Source: Candidatus Eutrophomonas brisbanensis (GTDB lineage Bacteria; Pseudomonadota; Gammaproteobacteria; Burkholderiales; Eutrophovitaceae). Taken from it: a stretch of 64,000 nucleotides of DNA. The stretch lies in assembly GCA_038141705.1 (NCBI GenBank), contig JAYQIQ010000004.1:423179-487178 (forward strand), in the 5' to 3' direction. The position numbers and the translations under genes are program-made. Shown here piece by piece: positions 22,723 through 34,801 of this stretch. The notes beneath the pieces were generated by a model. That model did no database searches, was not told where the DNA came from, and saw nothing but the letters and a program-made list of their open reading frames with translations. Within the stretch, counting starts at the first letter, position 1; each line of letters begins with the position of its first letter.

Positions 22723-22836
22723 TTAACCTTGACGCTGCTTGTGTCTAGGTTCGGTACAAATTACCCTCACAACATTGTTGCGGCGGATAATCTTACAATT
22801 CCTGCATAGTTTCTTAACTGAAGCCTTAACTTTCAT
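22723..22836 (-). CDS. rpmJ: 50S ribosomal protein L36 (not in the ORF track)
   Basis: Hand translation [37 protein letters not shown]; AGGAG RBS. Confidence 0.97.
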   Translation of the reverse strand: MKVKASVKKLCRNCKIIRRNNVVRVICTEPRHKQRQG

Positions 22837-22847
22837 TTCTTAACTCC

Positions 22848-24173
22848 TTAGCGGGACGGGATCATTCCACCCTTAAAATTAGCTTTTTTCATCAGGCTTT
22901 CATATTGATTTGACATCGCATAAGCCTGAACCTGCTGCATAAAATCCATGGTGACCACAACGATAATTAGTAAGCTGGTTCCGCCAAAATAAAACGGCAC
23001 ATTCCATTTAACAATCAACGCTTCTGGTATCAAGCAAACGATCGTCACATACAGCGCGCCAACGAGAGTAAGTCTCATCACTATCTTCTCAATGTACTTC
23101 GCGGTTTGGTCACCCGGCCGGATACCAGGAACAAATGCGCCACTTTTTTTCAAGTTCTCGGCCGTTTCTTTAGGATTAAAAACCAAAGCCGTATAAAAAA
23201 AGCAGAAGAAAATGATTGCCGCAGCATAAACAAACATGTAGAGCACTTGGCCTGGGTGCAACAAACCACCTAAGTCTTTGAGCCAGTACATACTCTCGTT
23301 TGATCCGAGAAACTCTGCAATCGTGGCGGGGAATAAGATAATGCTAGATGCAAAGATCGGCGGGATAACGCCAGACATATTCAGCTTAAGAGGTAGATGT
23401 GAACTCTGTCCGCCATAGACTTTTCGGCCCACTTGCCGTTTCGCGTAATTCACTAGAACCTTCCGCTGCCCTCTCTCTACAAAGACAACAAATCCTGTGA
23501 TCAAAATAGCCCCAGCGAACAACATAAGTACAAGCGGTATTGAGAACGAACCCGTTCTCACCAACTCCAAAGTTCCACCAATTGCGCTAGGGAGACCAGC
23601 CGCTATACCTGCGAATATAATAAGAGAAATACCATTTCCAATACCTCTCTCTGTTATCTGCTCGCCGAGCCACATCAGAAACATTGTCCCAGTCACTAGG
23701 GTAACCACTGTTGTAAATCGGAATGCAAGCCCAGGATCCATCACAAGGCCTGCCTGGGATTCTAAAGCCACAGAAATACCAATGGCCTGAAATGTAGCAA
23801 GCAATACTGTTCCGTATCTGGTGTACTTAGTTATCTTCTTTCGACCAGACTCACCCTCCTTCTTCAATTGCTCAAGAGTTGGCACGACCACAGTCATGAG
23901 CTGCATGATAATCGATGCCGAAATGTACGGCATGATGCCTAGGGCAAAAATTGTAAACCTCTGAAGAGCGCCTCCAGAGAACATATTGAACATCCCAAGG
24001 ATTCCGCCCTGTTGAGAGTTAAACAACTGCTCTAGCTGAGCAGGGTCAATCCCAGGCACCGGTATGTGCGCACCTATTCGGTAAACAACAAGTGCGAACA
24101 GCAAGAAAAAAAGACGGCGCTTCAAGTCGCCATACTTGTTTCCTACACCGCTTTTGTTTGGAGCTATAGCCAA
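22848..24173 (-). CDS. secY: Preprotein translocase SecY
   Basis: [43 protein letters not shown]. Confidence 0.99.
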   Translation of the reverse strand: MAIAPNKSGVGNKYGDLKRRLFFLLFALVVYRIGAHIPVPGIDPAQLEQLFNSQQGGILGMFNMFSGGALQRFTIFALGIMPYISASIIMQLMTVVVPTLEQLKKEGESGRKKITKYTRYGTVLLATFQAIGISVALESQAGLVMDPGLAFRFTTVVTLVTGTMFLMWLGEQITERGIGNGISLIIFAGIAAGLPSAIGGTLELVRTGSFSIPLVLMLFAGAILITGFVVFVERGQRKVLVNYAKRQVGRKVYGGQSSHLPLKLNMSGVIPPIFASSIILFPATIAEFLGSNESMYWLKDLGGLLHPGQVLYMFVYAAAIIFFCFFYTALVFNPKETAENLKKSGAFVPGIRPGDQTAKYIEKIVMRLTLVGALYVTIVCLIPEALIVKWNVPFYFGGTSLLIIVVVTMDFMQQVQAYAMSNQYESLMKKANFKGGMIPSR

Positions 24174-24178
24174 CTTAA

Positions 24179-24619
24179 TTATCCCTCGATTTGACCGCCA
24201 GCTGCCTCGATTACAGCTCGCGCTCCTTTTGTAACTTTAATACCTTGTATTTGAAGCTTTTTACCTTCATTGAGCGCTCCAGATTTGATAACCTTTGCAC
24301 CAATAGTAAATTGCGGAACTACTCCCGCTGCCTTCAAGCTTTCCAAACTAACCAAGTCGCCATCGATAAGGTTTAGCTCACTGAGCCTGATCTCTTTTAC
24401 AGACCCGTACTTCAGCGGCTTAAAACCTCTCTTTGGCAGCCTTCTCGCCATGGGCATTTGCCCGCCCTCGAAACCAACCTTGTGGTAACCGCCGGAACGA
24501 GCATGCTGACCCTTGTGGCCTCTTCCAGCAGTCTTACCCTTACCGCTTCCAATTCCACGACCAACTCTGGTGCTTGCGTGGTTGGATCCCTTCGCAGGAC
24601 TAATAGTGTTTAAACGCAT
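24179..24619 (-). CDS. rplO: 50S ribosomal protein L15
   Basis: [29 protein letters not shown]. Confidence 0.99.
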   Translation of the reverse strand: MRLNTISPAKGSNHASTRVGRGIGSGKGKTAGRGHKGQHARSGGYHKVGFEGGQMPMARRLPKRGFKPLKYGSVKEIRLSELNLIDGDLVSLESLKAAGVVPQFTIGAKVIKSGALNEGKKLQIQGIKVTKGARAVIEAAGGQIEG

Positions 24620-24624
24620 ATTGG

Positions 24625-24825
24625 CTAACCCTCCACCTTAACGAGGTAACTCACCTTATCTATCATCCCGCGCACTGAGGGCGTATCCTCTAACTGCACG
24701 GAGTGTCGAATTTTACGGAGACCAAGTCCTCGAACCGTCTCACGATGATCTTTTTTCGCTCCTATTGGACTCTTCACCAACGTAACGGTAACGGAGTTCG
24801 TTCCTGTTTTTTTGTTTGACGCCAT
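24625..24825 (-). CDS. rpmD: 50S ribosomal protein L30
   Basis: [23 protein letters not shown]. Confidence 0.97.
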   Translation of the reverse strand: MASNKKTGTNSVTVTLVKSPIGAKKDHRETVRGLGLRKIRHSVQLEDTPSVRGMIDKVSYLVKVEG

Positions 24826-24830
24826 TTCAA

Positions 24831-25343
24831 TTACCCCAAAATATCTTCAATACTTTTTCCACGCTTCAACGCAATCTCCGCTGGAGAGTTCATAGCCGCT
24901 AAACCGTTTAGCGTCGCTCTCACCACGTTGTAGGGATTTGTAGAGCCGATACACTTTGCGAGGATATTAGTGACGCCCATCACTTCAAAAATAGCTCTCA
25001 TCGGGCCTCCGGCGATAATTCCGGTTCCCTCAGAGGCAGGCTGCATGAACACCTTAGCAGCACCGTGAATACCGACAACAGAATGCTGAAGCGTCCCGCT
25101 CTTAAGAGAAACTTTAAAGAGTTTCTTACGCGCCTCTTCCATCGCCTTTTGAATCGCTACAGGAACTTCTTTGGCCTTACCCTTACCCATTCCTATGCCG
25201 CCATCGCCGTCACCGACCACCGTTAATGCGGCAAAACCCAAAATTCCACCACCCTTAACAACTTTGGTAACACGATTAACTGAGACCATCTTCTCTCGAA
25301 GATTGTCGCCACGATCCTCTGCTTGCTTTTGTGCTCTTGCCAT
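24831..25343 (-). CDS. rpsE: 30S ribosomal protein S5
   Basis: [31 protein letters not shown]. Confidence 0.99.
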   Translation of the reverse strand: MARAQKQAEDRGDNLREKMVSVNRVTKVVKGGGILGFAALTVVGDGDGGIGMGKGKAKEVPVAIQKAMEEARKKLFKVSLKSGTLQHSVVGIHGAAKVFMQPASEGTGIIAGGPMRAIFEVMGVTNILAKCIGSTNPYNVVRATLNGLAAMNSPAEIALKRGKSIEDILG

Positions 25344-25357
25344 AACCTTATTAATCC

Positions 25358-25714
25358 CTAAAACTTGAGGCCAGCTTCTCTAGCTGCCTCTGCTAATGCC
25401 TTGATACGTCCGTGATACTTGAATCCTGATCGATCAAAAGCTACTTTCTCAAGCCCTTTTTCTTTCGCCTTCAAGCCTATTTGACTTCCAATCTTCGCAG
25501 CAGCGCTCACATTCCCACCGTTGCCAAGATCTTTTCGCATATCCGGATCCAGCGAAGATGCCGAAACGATCACTTTGGACCCACTATCCAGGATCTGGGC
25601 GTATATGTGAGAATTTTTCTTGAATACCTGTAACCTGTTCTCAACGCCCGAGTCGATCAACTTATACCTAGTTTTCTTCGCCCTACGCGCTCTGATATCT
25701 CTTTTTGCAGTCAT
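25358..25714 (-). CDS. rplR: 50S ribosomal protein L18
   Basis: [21 protein letters not shown]. Confidence 0.98.
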   Translation of the reverse strand: MTAKRDIRARRAKKTRYKLIDSGVENRLQVFKKNSHIYAQILDSGSKVIVSASSLDPDMRKDLGNGGNVSAAAKIGSQIGLKAKEKGLEKVAFDRSGFKYHGRIKALAEAAREAGLKF

Positions 25715-25727
25715 ATGGATCTCTTAA

Positions 25728-26261
25728 TTATTTTTTCTTCGTTTCTTTCATAACGACTCTCTCATCCGCGTACCGAACGCCTTTACCCTTATAAGGCTCA
25801 GGAGGACGATAATTGCGAACATCCGCAGCAACCTGACCAACCATCTGCTTGTCGATACCTTTGATTAAAATTTCAGTCTGTTGAGGTGTTTCAGCTTTCA
25901 CTCCTTCCGGAAGCTGATGCACAACGGGATGCGAAAACCCTAACGAGAGATTTAACTTGTCACCCTGGGCTTGAGCTCTATAACCAACTCCAACCAGGGT
26001 TAACTTCTTCTCGAAACCGGAGCTAACACCAGTGACCATATTTGCAATCAAGGCGCGAGTGGTTCCGAACAGAGCTCTGGCAGCTTGCGACTCATTCGCT
26101 GGCTCTACCCTTAAAACCTCGCCATCCTGAGATACCTTCACTTGATCACTAAGATCTCTGGACAATACACCAAGCGACCCCTTCACCTGGATTTTATTTC
26201 CATTCAAAGTGACCTGTGTACCACTGGGTATGCTTATCGGGTTTTTACCTACTCGTGACAT
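25728..26261 (-). CDS. rplF: 50S ribosomal protein L6
   Basis: [31 protein letters not shown]. Confidence 0.99.
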   Translation of the reverse strand: MSRVGKNPISIPSGTQVTLNGNKIQVKGSLGVLSRDLSDQVKVSQDGEVLRVEPANESQAARALFGTTRALIANMVTGVSSGFEKKLTLVGVGYRAQAQGDKLNLSLGFSHPVVHQLPEGVKAETPQQTEILIKGIDKQMVGQVAADVRNYRPPEPYKGKGVRYADERVVMKETKKK

Positions 26262-26309
26262 ATATCCAAGCTCCAAACATTCAACAACACTTCAATTTCG
26301 AATAATTCG

Positions 26310-26708
26310 TTATGCTACGTAACACAGAACCTCGCCACCAACACCGGCGCTTCTTGCTCTACGGTCGGTCATAACGCCTTGCGAGGTTGATACAATCGCT
26401 ACCCCAAGCCCATTCATCACCGTGGGAATATCCTGAACACCTTTATAAATTCTCAAACCAGGCTTGCTAACCCGCTCTATCTTTTCGATGACAGGACGAC
26501 CCGCGTAATATTTCAAACCAAGCTCAAGGGTTGGCTTTTTCGCATCATCACTGTTGACGCTAACATCCTCAATATAGCCCTCATCTTTGAGCACTAACGC
26601 TATTGAGTGTTTCAATTTGCTCATAGGCATCGAGACCGAAGCTTTTTCAGCCAATTGAGCATTTCTTATTCTGGTCAACATATCAGCGACTGGATCACTC
26701 ATACTCAT
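26310..26708 (-). CDS. rpsH: 30S ribosomal protein S8
   Basis: [36 protein letters not shown]. Confidence 0.99.
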   Translation of the reverse strand: MSMSDPVADMLTRIRNAQLAEKASVSMPMSKLKHSIALVLKDEGYIEDVSVNSDDAKKPTLELGLKYYAGRPVIEKIERVSKPGLRIYKGVQDIPTVMNGLGVAIVSTSQGVMTDRRARSAGVGGEVLCYVA

Positions 26709-26720
26709 AACAATGTTCTC

Positions 26721-27026
26721 CTACCAACTCGCTTTTATAATTCCGGGGACTTCCCCACGCATGGCAATCTCTCTAAGTTTCCCTCTTGCCAACCCAAATT
26801 TCCTGAAAACTCCTCGAGGTCTCCCTGTCAAAGCACAACGACGTCGCAGTCTAACCGGGCTTGCATTTCTAGGAAGCTTTTGCAAACCCTGTCTAGCCAA
26901 AAACTTCTCTTCATCAGAGGAGCTAGAACTCACTATTACATCCATCAGTGCTTGACGCTTTTGCGCGAATTTCTCAACGCAATTTCGCCTCTTCAAATCT
27001 CTGTTAACTATCGATTTCTTCGCCAT
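26721..27026 (-). CDS. rpsN: 30S ribosomal protein S14 (long form lacking the Zn motif)
   Basis: [29 protein letters not shown]. Confidence 0.98.
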   Translation of the reverse strand: MAKKSIVNRDLKRRNCVEKFAQKRQALMDVIVSSSSSDEEKFLARQGLQKLPRNASPVRLRRRCALTGRPRGVFRKFGLARGKLREIAMRGEVPGIIKASW

Positions 27027-27033
27027 ATTGACC

Positions 27034-27615
27034 TCAGTTTCGGAATGGGAAACGGAAAGCAGCTAACAGCGCTCGCGCTTCCTTGTCAGACTTAGCAGTC
27101 GTTGTGATAGTGACGTTCATTCCCCTAAGGGCATCGATCTTGTCGTACTCGACCTCTGGGAAAATAATTTGCTCTTTCACACCCATATTGAAGTTGCCTC
27201 TTCCATCAAAGGACTTAGCCGGTATTCCTCTGAAGTCCCGAATTCTAGGAATAGCGACACTTATAAGGCGATCTAGAAACTCGTACATTCGCACGCTCCT
27301 AAGAGTCACCTTGCAACCAATTGGGTAACCATCTCTGATTTTGAACCCCGCTATAGACTTTCTAGCTTTTGTAATAATGGGCTTTTGACCTGCTATCAGA
27401 GTCATATCCCCCACTGCATTTTCGAGGACCTTTTTATCAGCTACCGCCTCACCAACACCCATATTCAATACGATCTTGGTGATTCGAGGAACCTCCATGA
27501 CCGACTTGTAGCCAAACTCTTTCATCAAACCAGGAACGACCTCCGATCGATACAGGTCTGCGAGCCTCGGGCTCCCAGATTTGTCGACTCCTCCATTATC
27601 TGCAGCTTTAACCAT
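27034..27615 (-). CDS. rplE: 50S ribosomal protein L5 (N-terminally extended)
   Basis: [33 protein letters not shown]. Confidence 0.98.
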   Translation of the reverse strand: MVKAADNGGVDKSGSPRLADLYRSEVVPGLMKEFGYKSVMEVPRITKIVLNMGVGEAVADKKVLENAVGDMTLIAGQKPIITKARKSIAGFKIRDGYPIGCKVTLRSVRMYEFLDRLISVAIPRIRDFRGIPAKSFDGRGNFNMGVKEQIIFPEVEYDKIDALRGMNVTITTTAKSDKEARALLAAFRFPFRN

Positions 27616-27625
27616 CACTTACCTC

Positions 27626-27943
27626 TTAAGAATCAACCATCTCGCCATTGGATCGGAAAATCCTGACCCGACGGCCATCCTCTAAAGTCTTAATACCAAT
27701 CCTATCGCCCTTGTTAGTCGTTGGATTCAGTACCGCCAAATTCGAAATCTGTATAGGCATTTCTTTCGTCACGATTCCACCGTTAGCACCCTTCATGGGG
27801 TTCGGTTTCTCGTGTTTTTTGACATTGTTGACGCCCTCAACAACAGCGGTGGAGTTCGCTAGCACTCGTAAAACGGTGCCCTGCTTTCCGCTATCCTTAC
27901 CAGCGTTAACTATCACCCTGTCACCTTTTCTTATCTTATTCAT
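27626..27943 (-). CDS. rplX: 50S ribosomal protein L24
   Basis: [24 protein letters not shown]. Confidence 0.98.
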   Translation of the reverse strand: MNKIRKGDRVIVNAGKDSGKQGTVLRVLANSTAVVEGVNNVKKHEKPNPMKGANGGIVTKEMPIQISNLAVLNPTTNKGDRIGIKTLEDGRRVRIFRSNGEMVDS

Positions 27944-27951
27944 AACGATCC

Positions 27952-28320
27952 TTACAGAACCTCCGGAGCCAAAGACACAATCTTCATGAACTTTTCAGTT
28001 CTGAGCTCTCGTGTCACTGGACCAAATATTCGAGTACCAATCGGCTCCAACTTCGCATTGAGAAGGACAGCTGCGTTACCATCGAACTTTATGAGTGAGC
28101 CGTCTTGACGCCTAACACCAGAAGCGGTTCTCACAACCACAGCGTTGTAGACTTCCCCTTTTTTAACGCGTCCCCTAGGAGCCGCCTCTTTCACCGCAAC
28201 CTTGATAACATCCCCAACAGCTGCGTATCTGCGCTTGGATCCGCCTAAAACCTTGATACACATCACAGAGCGAGCGCCGGTGTTGTCGGCCACCTCTAAA
28301 CGAGATTGCATTTGAATCAT
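27952..28320 (-). CDS. rplN: 50S ribosomal protein L14
   Basis: [23 protein letters not shown]. Confidence 0.99.
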   Translation of the reverse strand: MIQMQSRLEVADNTGARSVMCIKVLGGSKRRYAAVGDVIKVAVKEAAPRGRVKKGEVYNAVVVRTASGVRRQDGSLIKFDGNAAVLLNAKLEPIGTRIFGPVTRELRTEKFMKIVSLAPEVL

Positions 28321-28444
28321 AATTTCAGCCTCTTTAAACCAACTTGCCTCGCCAACGTCGAGCCAGTTTTGGCACCCGTCCGGGTTAAACAGAATACTCA
28401 GCTTTCAAGTAACGCCACATTTGTGGCGAAACGAAAAGCGCAAA

Positions 28445-28473
28445 ACTATACTATAAATTTAAAAACTCTACAA
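28445..28473 (-). promoter_or_regulatory. Candidate sigma70 promoter of the spc operon
   Basis: TTGTAG-N17-TATAGT on the minus strand in the rpsQ-rplN gap. Confidence 0.55.
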
Positions 28474-28477
28474 CGAC

Positions 28478-28747
28478 TTAAATCTCTATAGCCTTTTCGA
28501 TAACTTGACTGACCATCCAAGATTTTGTTTTAGATTTCGGAGATCCCTCTTCTATCTGCACAGTATCCCCAACGTGACACTCATTACCCTCGTCGTGGGC
28601 ATGATATTTAGTCGATTTTTTCACGAATTTGCCGTACATCGGATGTTTTACTTTACGCTCCACTAAGACGGTTACAGTCTTGTCCATCTTGTCGGAAACC
28701 ACTTTACCGGTGAGGCGTCGGCGAACCGAAGTATTCAAATCAGACAT
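28478..28747 (-). CDS. rpsQ: 30S ribosomal protein S17
   Basis: [22 protein letters not shown]. Confidence 0.98.
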   Translation of the reverse strand: MSDLNTSVRRRLTGKVVSDKMDKTVTVLVERKVKHPMYGKFVKKSTKYHAHDEGNECHVGDTVQIEEGSPKSKTKSWMVSQVIEKAIEI

Positions 28748-28937
28748 TTTCATTCACCTTTTTCCCAAGCATCGTTTTGACACGCGCAACGTCTTTCCTA
28801 ACTGCAGAAATTTGACTGGTATTGGTCAACTGCTGAGTCGCGTGCTGCATGCGCAGAGAAAATTGAGTCTTCAAAAGACTATCCAACTCTTTCTTTAGCT
28901 CGTCGACGCTTTTAGCACTAAGATCTTTAGCCTTCAT
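28740..28937 (-). CDS. rpmC: 50S ribosomal protein L29
   Basis: [16 protein letters not shown]; position in the S10 operon. Confidence 0.97.
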   Translation of the reverse strand: MKAKDLSAKSVDELKKELDSLLKTQFSLRMQHATQQLTNTSQISAVRKDVARVKTMLGKKVNENV

Positions 28938-28940
28938 AAC

Positions 28941-29354
28941 TTACCCCAAGTGTCTATGCACAAAAATTGTACGAAGAGGGAGCTTCGCGGCGGCTAGCCT
29001 AAAAGCCTCTCGAGCAACGTCCTCTTGCACACCATCCATTTCATATAGAACCTTACCGGGTTGAATCTCAGCAACCCAGTACTCTGGATTTCCCTTACCA
29101 TTACCCATCCGCACCTCAGCTGGCTTTTGCGAAATTGGCTTGTCAGGAAAGATTCGAATCCAAATTCTTCCGCCACGTTTAATGTGTCTCGTCATCGCTC
29201 TACGAGCAGCCTCGATTTGACGAGCCGTGAGCCTTCCGCGATCAATCGCCTTTAAACCAAACTCCCCAAAAGAGACTTTCGCCCCCCGGGTGGCTACACC
29301 GTAGTTACGGCCTTTGTGGTACTTCCTAAACTTTGTTCTAGCTGGCTGCAGCAT
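28941..29354 (-). CDS. rplP: 50S ribosomal protein L16
   Basis: [25 protein letters not shown]. Confidence 0.99.
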   Translation of the reverse strand: MLQPARTKFRKYHKGRNYGVATRGAKVSFGEFGLKAIDRGRLTARQIEAARRAMTRHIKRGGRIWIRIFPDKPISQKPAEVRMGNGKGNPEYWVAEIQPGKVLYEMDGVQEDVAREAFRLAAAKLPLRTIFVHRHLG

Positions 29355-30057
29355 TTTCGGCTCCTGCTTTTCTTTGCCTCTTTGGCTTTGCTATTGTGTC
29401 AACCGAAGGGGCACCAACACTGTCGTTACTACCTAACACTTGCCCGCGATAGACCCACACTTTGATTCCTATAATTCCATACGTAGTCTTAGCCTCAGAT
29501 ACAGCGTAATCCACCTCAGCACGAAGTGTGTGCAATGGAACTCTGCCCTCTCGGTACCATTCGGTTCGGGCGATATCGATACCATTTAGTCTGCCCGAGC
29601 TCATGATTTTTATACCTTGAGCACCAAGCCTCATGGCGTTTTGCATCGCTCTCTTCATAGCGCGCCTAAACTGGATTCGTTTTTCCAATTGGTTACCAAT
29701 AGAATCCGCTATCAATTGCGCATCTATCTCGGGCTTTCTAACTTCTTCTATGTTTAAGTGAACAGGAACACCTATTAACTTTTGAAGATCTGATCGTAAA
29801 ACCTCGATATCTTCACCCTTCTTACCAATGACAATTCCTGGACGTGCGCTATGGATGGTAATTTTGGCGTTCTTCGTTGGCCTCTCGATAATTACCTTCG
29901 CGACTGAAGCGTGAGCTAATCGTTTTTTAAGATATTTTCTAACTTCAATATCTTGCAAAAGCATCCCAGAGAAGTTTCTTCCAACAGCATACCAACGCGA
30001 ACTCCAGTTCCTCTGTACACCCAGACGAAAACCGATTGGATTAATTTTCTGTCCCAT
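29338..30057 (-). CDS. rpsC: 30S ribosomal protein S3
   Basis: [33 protein letters not shown]. Confidence 0.99.
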   Translation of the reverse strand: MGQKINPIGFRLGVQRNWSSRWYAVGRNFSGMLLQDIEVRKYLKKRLAHASVAKVIIERPTKNAKITIHSARPGIVIGKKGEDIEVLRSDLQKLIGVPVHLNIEEVRKPEIDAQLIADSIGNQLEKRIQFRRAMKRAMQNAMRLGAQGIKIMSSGRLNGIDIARTEWYREGRVPLHTLRAEVDYAVSEAKTTYGIIGIKVWVYRGQVLGSNDSVGAPSVDTIAKPKRQRKAGAENAAAS

Positions 30058-30059
30058 AA

Positions 30060-30400
30060 TTACCCTTTCACCTCGTCCCCGACCGACAAAAATACATGAC
30101 AGGTTGGTTTAAGAATTTTCGCGGCACGCCCTTTTGCTCTAGGACGGAAACGCTTAAATACTGGTCCTTTTTCTACGAATATTTTCGTGACCCTAAGCTC
30201 ATCTATGTCTGCCCCGTCATTGTGCTCTGCATTTGCGATCGCAGATTCCAAAACCTTACGAATAATTTGCGCACTTTTTTTGGACTGAACCCAAGGAGTT
30301 CGTGCGCTTTGTCAACGGCCATTCCACGAATCTGATCCGCCACCAATCGACCCTTCTGCGGAGACAACCTTACACCTTTCAAAATGGCTGAAGTTTCCAT
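30060..30400 (-). CDS. rplV: 50S ribosomal protein L22; -1 frameshift at 30275-30281
   Basis: [10 protein letters not shown] and [18 protein letters not shown] lie in adjacent frames; one extra base at the T7 run joins them. Confidence 0.95.
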
Positions 30401-30412
30401 ATCGTCCCCTCT

Positions 30413-30697
30413 TTATTTCTTAGCCGCTGCAACTTTACGGTCTGCAGCGTGCCCTTTAAAAGTTCTGGTCGCAGCAAATTCTCCCAGCTTGTGACCCACC
30501 ATATTCTCAGTCACGTATACCGGGATGTGCTGTTTTCCGTTATGAACTGCGATAGTTAGGCCCACGAACTGCGGGATTATCGTAGATCTCCTAGACCATG
30601 TTTTAATTGGTCTCTTATCATTGCCCGACTTCGCAGTCTCAACTTTTTGCAAGAGACTTAGGTCAACAAATGGGCCTTTTTTCAATGAACGTGCCAT
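30413..30697 (-). CDS. rpsS: 30S ribosomal protein S19
   Basis: [26 protein letters not shown]. Confidence 0.99.
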   Translation of the reverse strand: MARSLKKGPFVDLSLLQKVETAKSGNDKRPIKTWSRRSTIIPQFVGLTIAVHNGKQHIPVYVTENMVGHKLGEFAATRTFKGHAADRKVAAAKK

Positions 30698-30712
30698 ATT
30701 AATTCACCTTAT

Positions 30713-31537
30713 CTATTTAGCTCTTCGTCGAACAATCATGTTCTGAGTACGTTTGTTCTTCAGGGTCCTATAGAATTTAGTAAATTTTCCCAATTGGCTT
30801 ACGGGATCCCTCTTGGTTCCGGTTCTTCCTTCTCCACCTCCATGCGGGTGATCCACAGGGTTCATCGCAACACCTCGAACGGTAGGTCGGATACCACGCC
30901 AGCGTTTCGCACCAGCCTTTCCAAGATTTCGCAGATTGTGCTCAGAATTACCTACCTCTCCAATCGTTGCCCGGCAGTCAACCAAAACTTTCCTAATCTC
31001 ACCAGAACGCATCCGAAGCTGAGCATAAGTCCCCTCTTTAGCGAGTAACTGAACTGATGCACCCGCAGAGCGAGCCATCTGCGCACCCTTTCCTGGTTTT
31101 AACTCGATACAGTGGATTGTCGTTCCAACAGGAATATTCTTGATCGGAAGAGTGTTACCGACTTTGATTTGAGACGTTGCGCCGCTCTCAATAGCGTCAC
31201 CTGCCTTCACATCCCTTGGACACAAAATATATCTGCGCTCACCATCTGCGTAACAGATCAAAGCAATATTTGCACTTCGGTTCGGATCGTACTCTACCCT
31301 TTCAACAACACCAGGAATTCCATCTTTGTTTCGCTTAAAGTCAATCACCCGGTAAAGTCGCTTGTGACCGCCGCCCTGATGCCTGGTTGTTACGTGTCCC
31401 TTGCTATTTCTACCCGCCTTTTTGTTGAGGCTCTCAACGAGAGGCTGGTGAGGACGCCCTTTGAAAAGATCAGGATTAACAACTTGAACCGTTCCTCTAC
31501 GCCCCGCGGAAGTGGGCTTAAGTTTAACCAAAGCCAT
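30713..31537 (-). CDS. rplB: 50S ribosomal protein L2
   Basis: [30 protein letters not shown]. Confidence 0.99.
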   Translation of the reverse strand: MALVKLKPTSAGRRGTVQVVNPDLFKGRPHQPLVESLNKKAGRNSKGHVTTRHQGGGHKRLYRVIDFKRNKDGIPGVVERVEYDPNRSANIALICYADGERRYILCPRDVKAGDAIESGATSQIKVGNTLPIKNIPVGTTIHCIELKPGKGAQMARSAGASVQLLAKEGTYAQLRMRSGEIRKVLVDCRATIGEVGNSEHNLRNLGKAGAKRWRGIRPTVRGVAMNPVDHPHGGGEGRTGTKRDPVSQLGKFTKFYRTLKNKRTQNMIVRRRAK

Positions 31538-31858
31538 TACGCTACCTCCCCGGAAGTTAAATCAATATCCTGACCAGCTTTCAGGCAAATATATGCCTTC
31601 TTCCAATCTTTCCTGCGACCGATTCTCTGGCCGGTTCTCTTTTTCTTTCCTTTGACGTTGACTACTTGCACACTCTCAACGTCCTTTTTAAGGATGGACT
31701 CGACAGCAGCCTTTTATTTCTCCCTTGGTTGCATCGGCGGCTACTCTAAAAATGAACTGGCTATTTTTGTCAGCGATCCTGGTGCTTTTCTCAGAAATTA
31801 CCGGAGCGAGAATGACTTTCAAAAGTCGCTCAGCGCTGTAATTTTTTACGTCGCTCAT
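31537..31858 (-). CDS. rplW: 50S ribosomal protein L23; +1 frameshift at 31712-31715 (absent from the ORF track)
   Basis: Hand translation [51 protein letters not shown], in the canonical slot between rplD and rplB. Confidence 0.93.
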
Positions 31859-32475
31859 GATAAGACCTCCTCAAGCTTTGCAATTGCAGCCTTAGTCACC
31901 ACAACTTTCTCATACTGCAGCAATCGAACTGGGTCAGTTTTACCTGCTTCCACAACATCAAAATGGGCAAGGTTACGAGACGACAAGTACAAATTATCGT
32001 CTTGCGCATCAGTAATCACCAACGCACTTTGCAGCCCTAGGCTCTTAAATTTGTCACTAAGAACTTTCGTTTTAGGAGCATCGACACTAAAGCTTTCAAC
32101 CACTAACAGGCGATCCTCTCTAACTAATTGAGACAAGATCGAAGAAATTCCTGCGCGATACATTTTTCGGTTGATCTTTTGAGAAAAGTTCTCGTCCGGA
32201 CTAGATGGGAAAACTCGTCCACCACCTCTCCAGATCGGACTGCCTGCGTATCCTGAACGCGCGCGTCCAGTTCCCTTTTGACGCCAGGGCTTTTTATGCG
32301 ACCGGGTTAAATCTCCTCTAGCTTTTTGCGCTCGAGTTCCCTGCCTACGGTTCGCCAGGAAAGCATTGACAATTTGGTGTATCAAAGACTCGTTATAGTC
32401 TCGCCCAAACAACGCATCCGACGCGCTCAAGGCAGAAGTGGACTGACCAGATTCGTTAATTACTTTCAGTTCCAT
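31855..32475 (-). CDS. rplD: 50S ribosomal protein L4
   Basis: [26 protein letters not shown]. Confidence 0.99.
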   Translation of the reverse strand: MELKVINESGQSTSALSASDALFGRDYNESLIHQIVNAFLANRRQGTRAQKARGDLTRSHKKPWRQKGTGRARSGYAGSPIWRGGGRVFPSSPDENFSQKINRKMYRAGISSILSQLVREDRLLVVESFSVDAPKTKVLSDKFKSLGLQSALVITDAQDDNLYLSSRNLAHFDVVEAGKTDPVRLLQYEKVVVTKAAIAKLEEVLS

Positions 32476-32479
32476 ATGA

Positions 32480-33124
32480 TCAAACCCCCTTCTTTACTGA
32501 GGTCGCCACGACGACGTTTGACCCGTCTGCACCTGGCACTGAACCTTTGACCATCACAAGGTTTCGATCCTTATCGAGCTTGACGATTTCCAGATTTTGG
32601 ATTGTTCGCTTTACTGAACCAAGATGACCCGCCATTTTTTTACCCTTGAACACGCGACCTGGATCTTGGTTCATACCAGTCGAACCATGTGCATTGTGGG
32701 TAATGGACTGGCCATGACTGGCTCTTTGAGATGAAAAGTGATGCCGTTTTATGGCTCCAGCAAAACCTTTACCCTTGGTAACCCCAGAAATATCGACGTG
32801 TTTCACGGTCTCGAACATACTGACGTCGATTGCTTGCCCCAGCTCAAATGCTTGTGCCTCATCAGCGCCCACTCGAAACTCGAGAAAACCAGAAGCAGTT
32901 TCTACGCCGGCTTTGGCCAAGTGACCCGCCTTCGCTTTATTAATACGGCTTCTGCGACGTTGACCGTATGCGATTTGTACCGCAGAGTACCCATCCGTCT
33001 CGCCAGTTTTTATCTGGCTTATGCGATTATTTGACAAGTCCAGCACCGTAACGGGAATAGAGTCTCCCGTCTCAGTAAAAATCCTGGTCATGCCGACCTT
33101 TCGGCCAATCATACCAATAGTCAT
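32480..33124 (-). CDS. rplC: 50S ribosomal protein L3
   Basis: [32 protein letters not shown]. Confidence 0.99.
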   Translation of the reverse strand: MTIGMIGRKVGMTRIFTETGDSIPVTVLDLSNNRISQIKTGETDGYSAVQIAYGQRRRSRINKAKAGHLAKAGVETASGFLEFRVGADEAQAFELGQAIDVSMFETVKHVDISGVTKGKGFAGAIKRHHFSSQRASHGQSITHNAHGSTGMNQDPGRVFKGKKMAGHLGSVKRTIQNLEIVKLDKDRNLVMVKGSVPGADGSNVVVATSVKKGV

Positions 33125-33210
33125 TATTATTTCCTCTTCAAAGAGGGACCCACTACAATTGGTGAGTCGAGTTAACATTAACCCAGGTTTCCCCGGGATC
33201 CTTCATTAAT

Positions 33211-33519
33211 TTACAGCTTAATTTCTACGTCAACACCTGCAGGTAAATCCAACTTCATGAGTGCATCTACCGTTTTGTCAGTGGGATCCAGAATATCCAT
33301 TAGGCGCTGATGGGTCCGCATCTCAAGTTGCTCCCGAGACGCCTTATCAACGTGTGGAGAACGAAGCAAATTGAATCTCTCGATTCGAGTTGGAAGCGGC
33401 ACAGGCCCCTTCACCACAGCACCAGTTCTTTTTGCAGTTTCCACAATTTCGATTGCTGACTGGTCGATCAGTTTGTAATCAAACGCCTTCAATCGAATTC
33501 GTATTTTTTGGCTTTGCAT
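33211..33519 (-). CDS. rpsJ: 30S ribosomal protein S10
   Basis: [22 protein letters not shown]. Confidence 0.99.
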   Translation of the reverse strand: MQSQKIRIRLKAFDYKLIDQSAIEIVETAKRTGAVVKGPVPLPTRIERFNLLRSPHVDKASREQLEMRTHQRLMDILDPTDKTVDALMKLDLPAGVDVEIKL

Positions 33520-33567
33520 TCGTTCTCTCTAGTTCTTTAGATAATTAGATTCGGTAAAAGTTATCGA

Positions 33568-34758
33568 TTACTCGACGACTTTTGATACGACTCCGGCGCC
33601 CACGGTTCTACCACCCTCTCGGATAGCAAAGCGTAAACCCTCTTCCATCGCGATCGGCTGAATCAAAGTCACCTTCATCTGAACGTTGTCACCAGGCATA
33701 ACCATCTCGGTACCCTCTGGAAGATCAACGGAACCCGTTACATCGGTAGTTCTAAAGTAGAACTGCGGACGATAACCATTAAAGAATGGTGTGTGTCGGC
33801 CGCCCTCTTCTTTACTAAGAACGTAAACCTCTGCATCAAACTTCGTGTGTGGGGTAATGGAACCTGGCTTAGCCAACACCTGACCACGCTCAACGTCTTC
33901 ACGCTTAGTACCTCGAAGAAGAACACCAACGTTATCACCAGCTTGACCTTGATCAAGTAACTTACGGAACATCTCAACACCCGTACAGGTAGTCTTCTCC
34001 GTAGCCTTTAGACCAACAATCTCGATTTCATCACCAACCTTAACAATTCCTCGCTCAACCCTTCCTGTTACAACCGTTCCACGACCAGAGATAGAGAATA
34101 CATCCTCAACTGGCATTAGGAATGCCATATCCAGCGTTCTTTGTGGCTCAGGAATATAAGAATCAAGTGCCTCAGCAAGCTTCATAATTGCAGCTTCACC
34201 ATGCTCACCCGCGTCACCCTCAAGCGCTTTCAGCGCTGAACCTGTAACAATTGGGGTATCGTCACCTGGGAAGTCATACTTAGAAAGTAGTTCACGAACT
34301 TCCATCTCAACCAACTCAAGCAACTCAGCGTCATCTACCATGTCCGCCTTGTTCAAGAACACCACAATGTAAGGAACGCCAACCTGACGTGCCAACAAGA
34401 TGTGCTCTCGAGTCTGTGGCATTGGGCCATCAGCTGCAGAAGCAACCAAAATCGCACCATCCATCTGGGCCGCACCCGTAATCATGTTCTTCACGTAGTC
34501 AGCGTGGCCAGGGCAATCAACGTGTGCATAGTGACGGTTCGCTGTCTCGTACTCCACGTGTGCGGTGTTAATCGTAATACCTCGAGCTTTTTCCTCTGGA
34601 GCATTATCAATCTGATCGTAACCCCTCGCCTCACCACCTGAAGCCTTCGCTAACACTGTCGTAATCGCAGCCGTTAGCGTCGTCTTTCCGTGGTCAACGT
34701 GACCAATGGTTCCCACATTCACGTGCGGCTTTGTCCGCTCAAACTTTCCCTTTGCCAT
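33568..34758 (-). CDS. tuf: Elongation factor Tu (fusA-linked copy, intact)
   Basis: [33 protein letters not shown]; 396 aa. Confidence 0.99.
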   Translation of the reverse strand: MAKGKFERTKPHVNVGTIGHVDHGKTTLTAAITTVLAKASGGEARGYDQIDNAPEEKARGITINTAHVEYETANRHYAHVDCPGHADYVKNMITGAAQMDGAILVASAADGPMPQTREHILLARQVGVPYIVVFLNKADMVDDAELLELVEMEVRELLSKYDFPGDDTPIVTGSALKALEGDAGEHGEAAIMKLAEALDSYIPEPQRTLDMAFLMPVEDVFSISGRGTVVTGRVERGIVKVGDEIEIVGLKATEKTTCTGVEMFRKLLDQGQAGDNVGVLLRGTKREDVERGQVLAKPGSITPHTKFDAEVYVLSKEEGGRHTPFFNGYRPQFYFRTTDVTGSVDLPEGTEMVMPGDNVQMKVTLIQPIAMEEGLRFAIREGGRTVGAGVVSKVVE

Positions 34759-34801
34759 AATTCCCTCTCAAATAACCTTAAATATCGAATTTATTGAGTA
34801 A

